Shown: positions 28,044 through 40,486, counted from the first letter of the stretch. The stretch is DNA of 64,000 bases from Terriglobia bacterium (GCA_963695545.1 OY968796.1:192001-256000), one strand, 5' to 3'. The notes: a model not told the origin generated them from the sequence alone. Program-made: numbers and translations.

Positions 28044-28334
28044 ATGGTTCGTACGGGCACAATGCTGCGAGTATTTTTCGTGTTGGCACTTTTCTGCGTC
28101 GGTGTCGCATATGCGCAATCCACCAAGCCCATCCAGGACGTCAACGCCAAGATCAGCCCGAATTTGGCCGCTGCTCAGCAATATATGATGGACGCCTGGA
28201 ACAAACTCAATTTGTCCCAGGCGATCAACAACGGCGACATGAATAACCACGCCGCAAATGCCAAAAACTTGCTGGTTCAGGCCAGCAGCGAAGTAAGTGC
28301 GGCTGCAAAAGCCGCCTACGCCAACACGAAATAA
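28044..28334 (+). CDS. Small secreted helical protein, paralog 2
   Basis: MVRTGTMLRVFFV.. clearly homologous to 27573-27854. Confidence 0.8.
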   Translation: MVRTGTMLRVFFVLALFCVGVAYAQSTKPIQDVNAKISPNLAAAQQYMMDAWNKLNLSQAINNGDMNNHAANAKNLLVQASSEVSAAAKAAYANTK

Positions 28335-28470
28335 CGAAACGGCGTGCGCAAAGAGCTCTGATTTGCGTCCCTCGCAGGGCGGCGCTTGAGGTGTCGGCTG
28401 GCGAACGTCCAGCCGGCGTGTCCTCGAGCGTCCGCCCCGACGGACTATGACGAAAGCGGCGATACGTTTG

Positions 28471-29235
28471 CTACGCGCCTCTCGCTCCGCTTCCTACGCT
28501 ATAGCCGGGCAGCGAATAGACGCTGCGGCCTTGGCTGTCCCAAGCGCCCAGGATTACGTGTCCGTGCGGGCTGTAATCGACCGTTCCCCAGCCCAGCGTG
28601 CTCAACTCCGTCATGCCGTAACGCCCATCCATCAGGAACGCGCGGTCGGCTAGGCGGAGCATGCCTCCTGACGCCACGCGAACAACTTTCACGGGACCCG
28701 TAGTTCGCAGATAGGTCGTGCCACGCAGATCGTGGCGCATGGGCCGCTGCGCCGTGAGCCAGGAAATCCCGTAGATCATGATTGCGGAAACGAGGCCAAT
28801 CCCGCTGAGCAGCAGCGCCAGGGTTCGGCCCTCGCCTGGGGCCACGTTGGCTGCGGCGAACACAATGCCTAGCACGACGAAAAACGCCAGGATCCCTCCA
28901 ACGACGTAAAGCAGAATTCGCCGCGTGCGGGCACTTTGTCGCGCGATCACTGCGGCCACCTCCGGCGTCAGCGGCAATTCCACGGTCGAAAATTGCGCCG
29001 CAAAGGCAACGGGCTGCCCCGCTGCCATCGCTGCGTCGGGATGTCCCACCGCCGCGGCCGGGTTTGCTTGCACGATTCCCCTTCCAGACGTGCGCAGCCT
29101 TGCGCCGATGGCGATCAAAAACGCCGCAATAAAAAACGGCAAGTATCCTATATGGCCGCCTCCGAACTCCGCGAGCGCGAACAGGATCAAGAAAAGTACG
29201 CCGAGAACCAGGATCACATTTCCCCAAATGCGCAT
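28471..29235 (-). CDS. Hypothetical membrane protein (about 4 TM)
   Basis: AAGGAG RBS; two hydrophobic hairpins and a soluble C-terminus. Confidence 0.7.
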   Translation of the reverse strand: MRIWGNVILVLGVLFLILFALAEFGGGHIGYLPFFIAAFLIAIGARLRTSGRGIVQANPAAAVGHPDAAMAAGQPVAFAAQFSTVELPLTPEVAAVIARQSARTRRILLYVVGGILAFFVVLGIVFAAANVAPGEGRTLALLLSGIGLVSAIMIYGISWLTAQRPMRHDLRGTTYLRTTGPVKVVRVASGGMLRLADRAFLMDGRYGMTELSTLGWGTVDYSPHGHVILGAWDSQGRSVYSLPGYSVGSGARGA

Positions 29236-29360
29236 GCACGCTCCTTGAGATTTGCACTCGCCTCAATTCCGCACAATCGTGTTGGCGGCGCCGAAGAGCA
29301 GCGATAGTAACTCAGTTTCCCACGCGGAGGTTGCGCACTCTCGTGTGTGCGGCGAGCGAA

Positions 29361-30562
29361 TCAGGTGATGCGGTCGAAAACGTAGCCGGCCTCGCCGAGC
29401 GCTCTAAGCAGAGCGGCCACGTGCTCGGCGCCGCGTGTTTCCATGGTGAGGTCGATGGCGGTGTCGCCGAAATTTACGCCGTAGTACGCGCGGTCATAGG
29501 ACGTGGCCACGATGTTCGTGCGGTGCTCGGACAGCACGCCTGTCAGGCGATGCAGCGCGCCGGGATAATCCGGCAGATGAATGCGCAGGCGAATCATGCG
29601 GCCGTCCTGAACCAAGCCGCGCTCGATAATGCGCGAGAGAATCGTGACATCGAGATTGCCGCCGGAAACGATGATCGCGACGCGTTTGCCGGAGAGTTTC
29701 GTTTTCCCATTCAGCAGCGCCGCGAGCGGCACCGCGCCGGCGCCTTCGGCGAGAATTTTTTCGCGCTCGAGCAACAGCAGAATGGCGCTGGCGATTTCTT
29801 CTTCCTCCACGGTCACGATATCGTCCACGTATTTTTGCACCAGAGGAAACGTCAGTTCGCCGGCGCGGCGCACCGCGATTCCGTCGGCCAGCGTGGAGGC
29901 CACGGGCAGCGTGACGAGCGAACCCTTCTCGACCGCGGCTTTCATCGACGGCAGCCTCGCGGTCTCGACGCCGATCACGCGGATATCGGGCCGCAAGTTC
30001 TTGAGCACGCAGGCCACGCCGCTGATCAAACCGCCGCCGCCGATCGCGGCGACGACCGCTTCGATATCGGGCTGCTGCTCGAGAAGCTCAAGGCCAATCG
30101 TGCCTTGCCCCGCGATCACATCGAGATCGTCGAAGGGATGGATGAGCACAAGATTTTGCTCGATCGAGCGGCGCAGCGCTTCGTCGAAGGCTTCGTCGTA
30201 ATTCGCGCCGTACAGCACAACTTCGGCGCCATAGCGGCGCGTGGCCATCACTTTGTTGAGCGGCGTGGCCAGCGGCATGCAGATTTGCGCGGGAATTCCG
30301 CGCCGCGTGGCGTGGTAGGAGACGGCTTGCGCGTGATTTCCCGCCGAAGCCGCGATCAATCCGCGGCGCCGTTCGTCTTCGGTGAGCGCGAGGATGCGAT
30401 TTAGAGCGCCGCGCTCTTTGTACGATCCGGTGCGTTGCAAATTCTCGAGCTTCAGAAAAACATCGTTGCCGGTCATCTCCGAAAATGTTTCCGAGAGCGC
30501 GCACGGCGTCACCAGAATCGAATCCCGGATTTGGCCGCGCGCCTTCTTGATGTTTTCAACCG

Positions 30563-30569
<7 letters not shown>
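29361..30569 (-). CDS. ilvA: Threonine ammonia-lyase with C-terminal ACT domain
   Basis: LKLENLQRTGSYKERGA (PLP Lys), ASAGNHAQ, IGGGGLISG, SGGNLD, LPDYPGAL. Confidence 0.93.
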
Positions 30570-31587
<1,018 letters not shown>

Positions 31588-31937
31588 TCATCCCTTTCTC
31601 ATTCAAAAGCCGGGGCCGCCCAAGCCGTGCGGACATGCAGGGCGCGCCGTTATCGGCGCACGAAAGGCGGTGGCGCGCCCTGAGGACCCCGCAATCTTTA
31701 TAAAATCCTTATAAACTTTCAGGCTGTTCCGTTTGCTGTCGCGAGCGTGCCCAAACCGGGAATTTTGCATCCGCCCAATTGAAATTTTCCGTTTCCCATC
31801 CCCAAGAGTCAAGGGTAGAGTCTGTCACCTTAATGCAGTCTAGCCAATCTGCAAACGAACACTAAACAAGATTCTGGGGGATTCAGGGTGGAGTGGGTGG
31901 CTTTAATAACATATAAACAGGAGGAGAGGACGAAACT

Positions 31938-33482
31938 ATGCGCAATAAGATTCTAGTGGTAACCGGGCTCTTGCTGATGGGGGCAGTGGCTGCATGGGGG
32001 CAGAGCACCACGCCGGACACAAGCACTCCCGCAACCACTCCAGCCACAACGCCGGCTCCGGCGCCGGCGGCTCAAGCGCCAGCCGCGACGCCAGCACCGA
32101 CGCCAGCGCCGGACGCCAGCGCACCGGCGGCACAAGCACCGGCCGCGGCGCCCGCAGCAGCGCCTGCGTCGCCTCCGACGTGGTCCGCAGGGCCGATCGA
32201 TTTCAGCGGTGAAATCGACGGCTACTACTCGTGGAACTCGAATCACCCGGGCGGCGTGACCGGGGATACCCAGGATACCTACAGCGAGTTCAACAACAAC
32301 AATCTTTACAACTTCAACTCGAAAGCCAACCAATTCGATCTGAACTTCGCAAAAATCGCGATGTCGCATTCGCCCGATCCGGTGGGCTTCGAGTTGGATT
32401 TCGGATTCGGCCGAGCCACTCAGACGTTCAATTCGGGGGAGGAACCTAACGGCTTTCAGTACGTCGAACAGGCCTATCTCGAATTGAAACCGGCCAAGGC
32501 CAAGGGCTTCGAACTCGACTTCGGAAAATTCGTAACCAGCGCGGGCGCCGAAGTCATCGAGTCCTATAACAACTGGAACTATTCGCGCTCCCTGCTGTTC
32601 ACTTGGGCGATTCCGTATTACCACATGGGCGTGCGCACCTCCTGGCCGATCGGAAAGAAGTGGACCGCCGGCGTGCAGGTGGTGAACGGCTGGAACAACG
32701 TCTCAACAACTCTGAACAGCGGTAAGACGCTCGGTTTCGTCGCCGCGCTGACGACATCGAAAGCGACTTGGTACGTGAACTACTACACGGGTCCGGCGAA
32801 CCCCGGCACCAATAGCGGTTGGCTGAACTTGATTGACACCACGCTGTTGCTGACGCCGACGAACGCCCATTGGTCCAAGCTCAACGCCTACATCAACTAC
32901 GACTACGACCGTCACGGATTCGGCCCGGCGGATGAGCCGGCGGTCTCCTGGTACGGTATCGCGCTCGCTACGCACTACCAAATCACCGGGAAGTGGGCCT
33001 TCTCCGACCGCTTTGAATGGTTCAATGATGCCAACGGCTTCGACATGTCCGGAGCCCTGCCTCAGCCTATCCTCGACGACGGCGGCGCCGAGGTGCCGCA
33101 ACAAGTCAAGGAAGTTACCGTCACGCTTGAATATAAAATGCTCGAAGGGCTGCTCTGGCGGCTTGAATACCGGCGTGACTGGTCCACCTACCCGATGTTC
33201 TTGCGGGGCACGTTTCCCGAGGACATCGATGATTGCAACTACGCGACGTACTACGGCTGCGCCGACTACGATTACGATGACGGAAGCATCGCCAGGGCGC
33301 CGGACACCGGCGCGGGTCTCACGAATCACGTGAACCCGAGTCTAATTCCGGGGCCGTCGACACCTGGCGGGGAGTTCCCCGAAGCGCTGCCGGCGACAGT
33401 CGGGGAAGGGCTGTACGGGTTCTCGAAGTCGCAGAACACCGTGACGATTGGGCTCATCGCGTTCTTCGGCCCCAAGCGGTAG
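31938..33482 (+). CDS. Outer-membrane beta-barrel porin (DUF1597/BBP2-like)
   Basis: Signal peptide, Pro/Ala linker, FSGEIDGYY, VEQAY, FGKFVTSAGAEVIES..NWNYSRSLLF, NGWNN, LEYRRD. Confidence 0.8.
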   Translation: MRNKILVVTGLLLMGAVAAWGQSTTPDTSTPATTPATTPAPAPAAQAPAATPAPTPAPDASAPAAQAPAAAPAAAPASPPTWSAGPIDFSGEIDGYYSWNSNHPGGVTGDTQDTYSEFNNNNLYNFNSKANQFDLNFAKIAMSHSPDPVGFELDFGFGRATQTFNSGEEPNGFQYVEQAYLELKPAKAKGFELDFGKFVTSAGAEVIESYNNWNYSRSLLFTWAIPYYHMGVRTSWPIGKKWTAGVQVVNGWNNVSTTLNSGKTLGFVAALTTSKATWYVNYYTGPANPGTNSGWLNLIDTTLLLTPTNAHWSKLNAYINYDYDRHGFGPADEPAVSWYGIALATHYQITGKWAFSDRFEWFNDANGFDMSGALPQPILDDGGAEVPQQVKEVTVTLEYKMLEGLLWRLEYRRDWSTYPMFLRGTFPEDIDDCNYATYYGCADYDYDDGSIARAPDTGAGLTNHVNPSLIPGPSTPGGEFPEALPATVGEGLYGFSKSQNTVTIGLIAFFGPKR

Positions 33483-34047
33483 CTCGCATTGGGAGGAAGC
33501 CGCGCAACGAAATAGACGTAGGCAGTCTCGATCAGAAGTGTTCTTAGGATAGGCCAAGGGCTCCCGGACGCCGTAGGCAGCGGCGGCCAGGAGCCCTGAG
33601 CCATTCCGGCTCGAGTGCTTCGGATGTTCGCTGGAGTGCATTGCCGGCGGACGTCCGAACTTTTCCTGTTTTCCAGCAGCGCTCCGCCAGGGTCGGTGGC
33701 CGGCGGTTGCCCGATGCGGGTGCTGCCCTGTATGATTTCGGGTTTCGACGGGCGAAAGGGCCGCTGGCAGAACGTGGCGCGGCTCTTCCGAATCGGCCGG
33801 GCCCGAACGGCGTGGATGACGATGCGCCGGGAGGTGCAACCGGAAGCACCTGATCGATCAAGGTGCGCGACACGAGATTCGCTTAGCCGTGCGGGAGGAT
33901 CGCCTCACGACTCCCCGCGGCGGCAGGTTGCGATGCGCGCGGCATCGCGGCGGCCCGATTTTATGCGACGGGTGCGGGCTCTACTTGCAGCCCGCCAGAA
34001 GAAAGGTTTCTGGCTGTTGAATCTCACTTCATTTTTAAGGAGCTCAA

Positions 34048-35457
34048 ATGAATGCCAAGGAATTGTTGGAATTTGTAGCCAAGAATGACATCAAGCAGGT
34101 GGATCTCCGCTTCATTGATCTCCCCGGCGTGCAGCAGCACGTCAGCTATCCGATCGCCGAGCTGGACAAGACTTCGCTCGAAGAAGGCTTCGGCTTCGAC
34201 GGATCAAGCATCCGCGGCTGGCAAGCGATCAACGAAAGCGACATGCTACTGATTGCGGATCCGGGCACCGCGTTCGTGGATCCGTTCTGCGACGTCAAAA
34301 CCATCGTTATCGTTTGCGACGCGATCGACCCGATCACCCGGCAGCCCTACGGACGCGACGCCCGTTGGGTGGCGCGCAAGGCCGAACTCTATTTGAAGAA
34401 CAGCCACGTTGGAGACACCGCGTACTTCGGCGCGGAATCCGAATTCTTCGTTTTTGACAGCGTGCGTTTCGACACCGACCACCAGCACAGCTTTTACTTC
34501 GTGGATTCCGAAGAGGGCCGCTGGAATTCCGGCAGAGAAGGCACCAACCTCGGTTACCGGCCGCGCTACAAGGAAGGCTACTTCCCCGTTCCGCCGACCG
34601 ATCAATTCCAGAACCTGCGCAGCGAAATGGTGCAAACCATGATGGCTTGCGGCCTGGACATCGAGTGTCATCACCACGAAGTCGCCACCGGCGGACAGTG
34701 CGAAATCGATCAGCGCTTCAACACGCTGGTGAAATCCGCCGACGGCATGACGCTCTACAAGTACATCATTCGCAACGTGGCCGCGAAATACGGCAAGACC
34801 GTCACCTTCATGCCCAAGCCGCTATTCGCCGATAATGGCAGCGGCATGCACACGCACCAGAGCATCTGGAAAGGCGGCACGCCGCTTTTCGCTGGCGATC
34901 GCTACGCCGGACTTTCCGAACTCGCGCTGCATTACATCGGCGGGCTGCTCAAGCACGCGCGCGCGCTTGCGGCGATCATCGCTCCGACGACGAATAGTTA
35001 TAAGCGCCTTGTGCCGGGCTACGAAGCGCCCGTCAACCTGGCCTATTCGCGCCGGAATCGCTCGGCCGCGTGCCGCATCCCGATGTACTCCAACAGCCCC
35101 AAGGCCAAGCGCGTTGAGTTCCGCCCGCCCGACCCATCCGCCAATCCGTACCTGGCCTTCGCGGCCATGCTGATGGCCGGCTTGGACGGCGTGCTCAACA
35201 AGCTGAACCCCGGCGAGCCGCTCGATAAGGATATTTACGATCTCTCGCCCGAGGAGATGAAGGCCGTGCCCTCGATGCCCGGATCGCTTGAAGAAGCGCT
35301 CGCGGCCCTCGAAGCCGACCACGAATTCCTTCTCAAGGGCGACGTCTTCTCCGAGGACTTGATCGAAACCTACATCGGCTACAAGCGCAAGAACGAAGCC
35401 GACGCCGTGCGCATGCGCCCGCATCCGTACGAATTCCACCTCTACTACGACATCTAA
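34048..35457 (+). CDS. glnA: Glutamine synthetase type I
   Basis: [48 protein letters not shown], adenylylation-site motif DKDIYDL. Confidence 0.98.
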   Translation: MNAKELLEFVAKNDIKQVDLRFIDLPGVQQHVSYPIAELDKTSLEEGFGFDGSSIRGWQAINESDMLLIADPGTAFVDPFCDVKTIVIVCDAIDPITRQPYGRDARWVARKAELYLKNSHVGDTAYFGAESEFFVFDSVRFDTDHQHSFYFVDSEEGRWNSGREGTNLGYRPRYKEGYFPVPPTDQFQNLRSEMVQTMMACGLDIECHHHEVATGGQCEIDQRFNTLVKSADGMTLYKYIIRNVAAKYGKTVTFMPKPLFADNGSGMHTHQSIWKGGTPLFAGDRYAGLSELALHYIGGLLKHARALAAIIAPTTNSYKRLVPGYEAPVNLAYSRRNRSAACRIPMYSNSPKAKRVEFRPPDPSANPYLAFAAMLMAGLDGVLNKLNPGEPLDKDIYDLSPEEMKAVPSMPGSLEEALAALEADHEFLLKGDVFSEDLIETYIGYKRKNEADAVRMRPHPYEFHLYYDI

Positions 35458-35488
35458 ATTGTCGCGGTAGAAAACGAATCGAGAACCG

Positions 35489-35521
35489 AACGGGCCGGCG
35501 ATTCCCTCGCCGGCCCGTTTC
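35489..35521 (+). terminator. Hairpin terminator after glnA
   Basis: AACGGGCCGGCGA-ttccc-TCGCCGGCCCGTT-T. Confidence 0.7.
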
Positions 35522-35551
35522 GCGTCTGGTTGGTGGTTGAAGTCGCCCTAT

Positions 35552-35574
35552 GTAGCGGAGGCCTTCAGGCCTCC
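35552..35574 (+). repeat. GTAG-type REP element
   Basis: GTAG-C-GGAGGCC-TTCA-GGCCTCC; same GCC-TTCA-GGC core as the elements at 59492 and 59638. Confidence 0.6.
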
Positions 35575-35582
35575 ATCTTTTT

Positions 35583-36425
35583 TTAGTATTTCCGGAGATC
35601 GAACGGCGGAAGAGCGAGCAACGAGCGGCGCGCCGCAGCCCACAGCGCGGATGCAACGCTGACGAGATCACCGGCGCTCGTTGTTAGGTAGCGCACCACG
35701 CAACCACCGCTGCTGAGGAGGCTGGCACCCGCGCGAATCTGCGGCATCGTCGCGAGTGTCGCGTGTATCGCGTCGGCGACGATTTGCCAATTATCAAAAC
35801 CATCGCCGAGCATCACGAGCGAAGCCACGTAGCCGAATCCCTCGACGATGCCGAGATTCGTCGGGCTCAGGTGGCTCGCTCCCGGACTCTGCGGCGCATC
35901 GCCCTGCGAAACGCGCGGCGTCAGCTCGATCTTCGTGCGGCTTAGGTACAACGGCTTGCCACTGCAATACGCACGCGTTTCGGAATCGAATTCGCGAAAC
36001 GCCCAGGATTCGCCGTGCGCCAGGCGGCCCGCAGCGAACGCGTCGAATAAAATCGCGCGGCTGCCGCGCCCCATTTCCACCGACAAGCGCTGCTTGAATC
36101 GTGATTCGGCATGGGGAATCACATGATCCGGAAAATATTCGACCGTCGCGCCGGCGCCCACATCGATCCAAGTTTCTTGCACGCTCGGCTCGCCGAGCGC
36201 GCGATAAACGCGCGTCGCGGAAGGAGTGGAAAGGCAAACGTGTGTGCCGGCGTCGAGCACGATTCTTGAAAGCAATCGATCGCCGCCAAGGACTCCGCCG
36301 GTCGGATTGAGAAGCAGCAGATACGCCGAGCCGTCGGCCATCGGCGTCGCGGTCTGCGCCTGCAACGGCAGCGTGTAGCGCAATCGGCCGACCACGGTGC
36401 GATCGGCATCGCGCTTGAAGCGCAA
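35583..36425 (-). CDS. ureD: Urease accessory protein UreD (start uncertain)
   Basis: LLNPTGGVLGGD, STPSATRVY, EYFPDHVIP, GRLAHGE, C-terminal LRKY. Confidence 0.92.
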   Translation of the reverse strand: MRFKRDADRTVVGRLRYTLPLQAQTATPMADGSAYLLLLNPTGGVLGGDRLLSRIVLDAGTHVCLSTPSATRVYRALGEPSVQETWIDVGAGATVEYFPDHVIPHAESRFKQRLSVEMGRGSRAILFDAFAAGRLAHGESWAFREFDSETRAYCSGKPLYLSRTKIELTPRVSQGDAPQSPGASHLSPTNLGIVEGFGYVASLVMLGDGFDNWQIVADAIHATLATMPQIRAGASLLSSGGCVVRYLTTSAGDLVSVASALWAAARRSLLALPPFDLRKY

Positions 36426-36453
36426 ACTCAGGAATCCGTCGCGCCCTGTGCGC

Positions 36454-37065
36454 TCAAGACTCGAAGAGAAGTTCGCGCCGGACCCAGCCGACGACTGCGT
36501 CCACGCCCGTTCCGTCCTTGAGATTGGTGAAGACGTAAGGCCTCTCTCCGCGCACGCGCTTCGCGTCGCGATCCATCACTTCCAGGCTCGCGCCGACGTA
36601 AGGCGCAAGATCGATCTTATTAATGATCAGCAGACCCGACGTGGTAATGCCCGGCCCGCCTTTGCGCGGAATTTTGTCGCCTTCAGCCACGTCGATCACG
36701 TAGATCGTCGCGTCCACCAATTCCGGACTGAACGTCGCCGCCAAATTATCGCCGCCGCTTTCGATGAACAAAATTTGCAGGCCGGGAAATCGCTGGAACA
36801 TCAGCCTCGCCGCTTCAAGATTCACCGAGGCGTCCTCGCGAATCGCCGTGTGCGGGCAGCCGCCGGTTTCAACGCCCACGATGCGCTCCGGCGGCAGCAC
36901 GCCGCGGCGCGTCAGGAATTCCGCGTCTTCGCGCGTGTAAATGTCGTTCGTGATCACGGCGAGATCGTATTGCGGCTGCAAGCGCCGGCACAGCGATTCC
37001 ACCAGCGCGGTTTTTCCCGATCCCACGGGACCGCCAATGCCGATGCGCACGGGAACTTGAGTCAT
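36454..37065 (-). CDS. ureG: Urease accessory GTPase UreG
   Basis: [35 protein letters not shown]. Confidence 0.97.
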   Translation of the reverse strand: MTQVPVRIGIGGPVGSGKTALVESLCRRLQPQYDLAVITNDIYTREDAEFLTRRGVLPPERIVGVETGGCPHTAIREDASVNLEAARLMFQRFPGLQILFIESGGDNLAATFSPELVDATIYVIDVAEGDKIPRKGGPGITTSGLLIINKIDLAPYVGASLEVMDRDAKRVRGERPYVFTNLKDGTGVDAVVGWVRRELLFES

Positions 37066-37751
37066 GAGCGGAATAGCCTCGCGGAAAGTTGTGCGTGCTG
37101 CATCGCTGCAATTTCGATCGCCGGCACGAAACTCCAGATTTCGTCGGCCGCGCCGCGCTCCGCTTCGGCGGCGAGCCGCGCAATCACCGGCCGGAGATTC
37201 CACAGAATGCGCTGCCCCGCGAGTTGCCCGAGCGGCATCAAGCGCAGCGCAGCTCCCACAAGCTGCGCGCTCACCGCATACAGCAGCGCCGACGCCGTTG
37301 AGCGCGCGTCCCAGCCCTGAGCGTTCGCAATCAAGCCGAACGCCACCGCGTGGTGCCCCGGCGTGCGACCGCTCGTAACCGCTGCGAAAAATTCAGCGAT
37401 GATCGCGCTTTCGCTCACCGCCGCCGCGATGCGCAGCGTTTGGCGGCCCATTTGGCGGCTTGCGTCGCGCAATTCCGCCGCGCATTTCATGGCTTCGAGC
37501 GCCCCATCGAGTTCAACGCACGCGGCCAAATCTCCCGCGGCCGCGGCCCGCGACGCCGAAATCGCGGCGACGGCGTCGGTCGGCCCCGCGGAATTTTCAA
37601 GATACGCGCGCACGAACGATTCGACGCCCGCCGCATCGTTCACTGTGCCCGATTGCACGTACGTCTCAAGACCAAGCGAATGCGCGTAGCCTCCGGCGGG
37701 AAACAAACCGTCGGAAAATTGCAGCAGGCTCAGCAGCGCGTCAGTGTCCAT
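37062..37751 (-). CDS. ureF: Urease accessory protein UreF
   Basis: [28 protein letters not shown]-terminal RLFRS. Confidence 0.95.
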   Translation of the reverse strand: MDTDALLSLLQFSDGLFPAGGYAHSLGLETYVQSGTVNDAAGVESFVRAYLENSAGPTDAVAAISASRAAAAGDLAACVELDGALEAMKCAAELRDASRQMGRQTLRIAAAVSESAIIAEFFAAVTSGRTPGHHAVAFGLIANAQGWDARSTASALLYAVSAQLVGAALRLMPLGQLAGQRILWNLRPVIARLAAEAERGAADEIWSFVPAIEIAAMQHAQLSARLFRS

Positions 37752-38313
37752 GCGGATACTCGTGGCTGTGCTCGTGCGAATGATCGCTCGTGTGTGCGTG
37801 ATCGTGCTTGTGATCGTGCGCGTCGTCGTGCGCGTGATCGTGGCTCTGCCCGTGAGAATGATCGCTCGGATGATCGTGGCTTTGGGCTTTGCCGATCGGC
37901 TGGAAGACGGCCGTGCGGCGTTCCCAGCGCGCGCCGATGCGATCGAGCAGTTGCACCATCGCCGTGTCGTCGGGCACAAGCAGCGCATCGCCATCCATCG
38001 CCAGCGGAAAATGGCGATTGCCGACTTCAAACGCAATTCGTACCGCGGCGCGCGCATCAGCCGGCAGAATCGCAAGCACCGATTCCGGCGCTGCCTCGAT
38101 GGCCAGATACCAATCGGGCCCGACCCAGGCGATCGAGCCCGGCTCAAGTGTTGTGCCCGTCGGCAGCGCCAGCGCAATTTCGCGCCCTCCGGTTGTCGTG
38201 AAGCGGCCGCGCACCCATCGCCGTTGTTCGGACGTGAGGACCAGCGAATCGCGCTGCTTGCCCCCGATGTCGGGCGGTGCGGCGGCCGGCGCGAGTTGTT
38301 CGATGATCAGCAC
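37741..38313 (-). CDS. ureE: Urease accessory nickel chaperone UreE with His-rich tail
   Basis: AFEVGNRHFP; C-terminal HDH/HSH repeats; GTG after GGGAG. Confidence 0.92.
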   Translation of the reverse strand: MLIIEQLAPAAAPPDIGGKQRDSLVLTSEQRRWVRGRFTTTGGREIALALPTGTTLEPGSIAWVGPDWYLAIEAAPESVLAILPADARAAVRIAFEVGNRHFPLAMDGDALLVPDDTAMVQLLDRIGARWERRTAVFQPIGKAQSHDHPSDHSHGQSHDHAHDDAHDHKHDHAHTSDHSHEHSHEYPHGH

Positions 38314-38327
38314 GAATTTCTCCCGCA

Positions 38328-40046
38328 CTAAAAAAGAAAATATCGCTGCGCCATCGGAAGAATGCGCGCCGGCTCGCACGTCAGCAGTTCCCCATTGGCG
38401 CGCACCTGATACGTTTCCGGATCCACTTCGATGCGCGGCAAAAAATCGTTGCGAATCATGTCGCGCTTACTGAGTCCCCGGCAGTGGCTCACTGCGGATA
38501 TTTTCTTTTTCAATCCCAATTGCGTGGGAACTCCTGCTTCGAGCGCCGCCTTTGAGACAAACGTAAACGACGTCGAATGCAACGCGCCGCCGAAACTGCC
38601 GAACATCGGTTGGTAAAGCACCGGCTGCGGCGTGGGAATCGAAGCGTTCGCGTCGCCCATCGCAGCCCAGGCGATGAACCCGCCCTTCAAGATCATTTCA
38701 GGCTTCACACCGAAAAACGCCGGCTTCCACAACACGAGGTCCGCGAATTTCCCGGTCTCGATCGAACCGACCTCGTGTGAAATCCCGTGCGTGATCGCGG
38801 GATTGATCGTGTACTTCGCGACGTAGCGCCGCACACGCAAATTGTCGCTCCCGGATTTTTCTCCCGGCAACGGACCGCGCTGCTTTTTCATTTTGTCCGC
38901 GGTCTGCCACGTGCGGATCACAACTTCCCCGATGCGCCCCATCGCCTGCGAATCCGACGACATCATGCTGATCGCGCCCAGATCGTGCAGCACGTCTTCG
39001 GCCGCGATGGTTTCCGCGCGAATGCGCGATTCGGCAAACGCCACGTCCTCCGGAATCGCCGGACTCAAATGGTGGCAAACCATCAGCATGTCCAGATGTT
39101 CGTCGAGCGTGTTGATCGTGAACGGCATGGTGGGATTCGTCGACGAAGGCAGGCAATTCGGTTCGCCACACACGGTAATAATGTCCGGCGCGTGCCCGCC
39201 GCCCGCGCCTTCGGTGTGATACGTATGAATCGTGCGCCCGCGAAACGCGCGAATCGATTCCTGCACGAAGCCGGCTTCATTCAGCGTGTCGGTGTGAATC
39301 GCCACTTGCACGTCGAATTCTTCGGCCACACCCAGCGCGCAATCGATCGCCGCCGGCGTCGTGCCCCAGTCTTCATGCAGCTTCAGGCCAATCGCGCCGG
39401 CTGCGATCTGCTCGCGCAGCGGCTCTGCCGACGACGCATTGCCCTTGCCGAGAAATCCGAGATTGATCGGAAATCCCTCCGCCGATTCGAGCATGCGATG
39501 CATATTCCACGGACCGGGCGTGCACGTAGTTGCATCGGTGCCCGTGGCCGGTCCCGTGCCGCCGCCGAGCAACGTGGTCACGCCGGCCGAAAGCGCCGTG
39601 GTGACAAGTTGCGGACAAATAAAATGAATGTGCGAATCGATTCCGCCCGCTGTGACGATCTTCCCTTCTCCGGCGATCACTTCCGTGCTCGCGCCGACAA
39701 TCATGCCGGGCGAAACGCCATCCATCAGATCGGGATTCCCCGCCTTGCCGATGCCCACGATTCGTCCGCCGCGAATGCCGATATCCGCCTTCACGATTCC
39801 GCTGTGATCCACGATCACCGCGTTCGTAATCACGAGATCAAGCGCGCCGCCTGCAGCCGTCGCCGAAGTCGATTGCCCCATGCCGTCGCGCAGCACTTTC
39901 CCGCCGCCGAATTTCGCTTCATCGCCCGGCGTCGTCAGATCCCGCTCGATTTCGATGAAAAGATCCGTGTCGGCCAGACGCACACGGTCGCCCGCTGTGG
40001 GACCGTAAAGATCCGCGTACTGTCGCCGAGGAATTTTCAAGCTCAC
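38328..40046 (-). CDS. ureC: Urease alpha subunit
   Basis: [51 protein letters not shown]. Confidence 0.99.
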   Translation of the reverse strand: MSLKIPRRQYADLYGPTAGDRVRLADTDLFIEIERDLTTPGDEAKFGGGKVLRDGMGQSTSATAAGGALDLVITNAVIVDHSGIVKADIGIRGGRIVGIGKAGNPDLMDGVSPGMIVGASTEVIAGEGKIVTAGGIDSHIHFICPQLVTTALSAGVTTLLGGGTGPATGTDATTCTPGPWNMHRMLESAEGFPINLGFLGKGNASSAEPLREQIAAGAIGLKLHEDWGTTPAAIDCALGVAEEFDVQVAIHTDTLNEAGFVQESIRAFRGRTIHTYHTEGAGGGHAPDIITVCGEPNCLPSSTNPTMPFTINTLDEHLDMLMVCHHLSPAIPEDVAFAESRIRAETIAAEDVLHDLGAISMMSSDSQAMGRIGEVVIRTWQTADKMKKQRGPLPGEKSGSDNLRVRRYVAKYTINPAITHGISHEVGSIETGKFADLVLWKPAFFGVKPEMILKGGFIAWAAMGDANASIPTPQPVLYQPMFGSFGGALHSTSFTFVSKAALEAGVPTQLGLKKKISAVSHCRGLSKRDMIRNDFLPRIEVDPETYQVRANGELLTCEPARILPMAQRYFLF

Positions 40047-40051
40047 GCCGG

Positions 40052-40417
40052 CTACGCTCCCTGAAATCCTTGTTCGCGCGCGCGCTTCAAGGCCGCTTCG
40101 CGCCGCGATTCATCCGTCGGACCTTCCGTCAGTCCGTTGCATCCGTGCACAATTCCCGCGCCGCCGATGGCCACCAGCGTAACGCGCTTCGCGTCTCCCG
40201 GCTCAAACCGCACCGCCGTGCCCGCCGGAATATTCAGCCGCATCCCGAACGCCAGCTTGCGATCGAAGCGCAGCGCCTTATTGGCCTCGAAAAAATGGTA
40301 ATGCGAGCCGACTTGTATGGGTCGATCGCCCGTGTTGGCAACCTCAAGTTCCAAGGTTCGCCGCCCCGCGTTGGCGTCGATCGTGCCCTCACCCAAAATG
40401 TATTCGCCCGGAATCAT
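40052..40417 (-). CDS. ureB: Urease beta subunit
   Basis: [32 protein letters not shown]. Confidence 0.98.
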   Translation of the reverse strand: MIPGEYILGEGTIDANAGRRTLELEVANTGDRPIQVGSHYHFFEANKALRFDRKLAFGMRLNIPAGTAVRFEPGDAKRVTLVAIGGAGIVHGCNGLTEGPTDESRREAALKRAREQGFQGA

Positions 40418-40486
40418 CGCTAACGCCTCGATCTAGCTCTAACCGATTGCTCAATAAGCACTTACGCGATCATTCCCGTTTTGGAA

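Noticed and set aside
33760..33960. Sigma54 promoter or NtrC boxes for glnA
   Set aside because: TGGC-containing candidates lack GG-N10-GC spacing, and no TGCAC-N7-GTGCA site was seen
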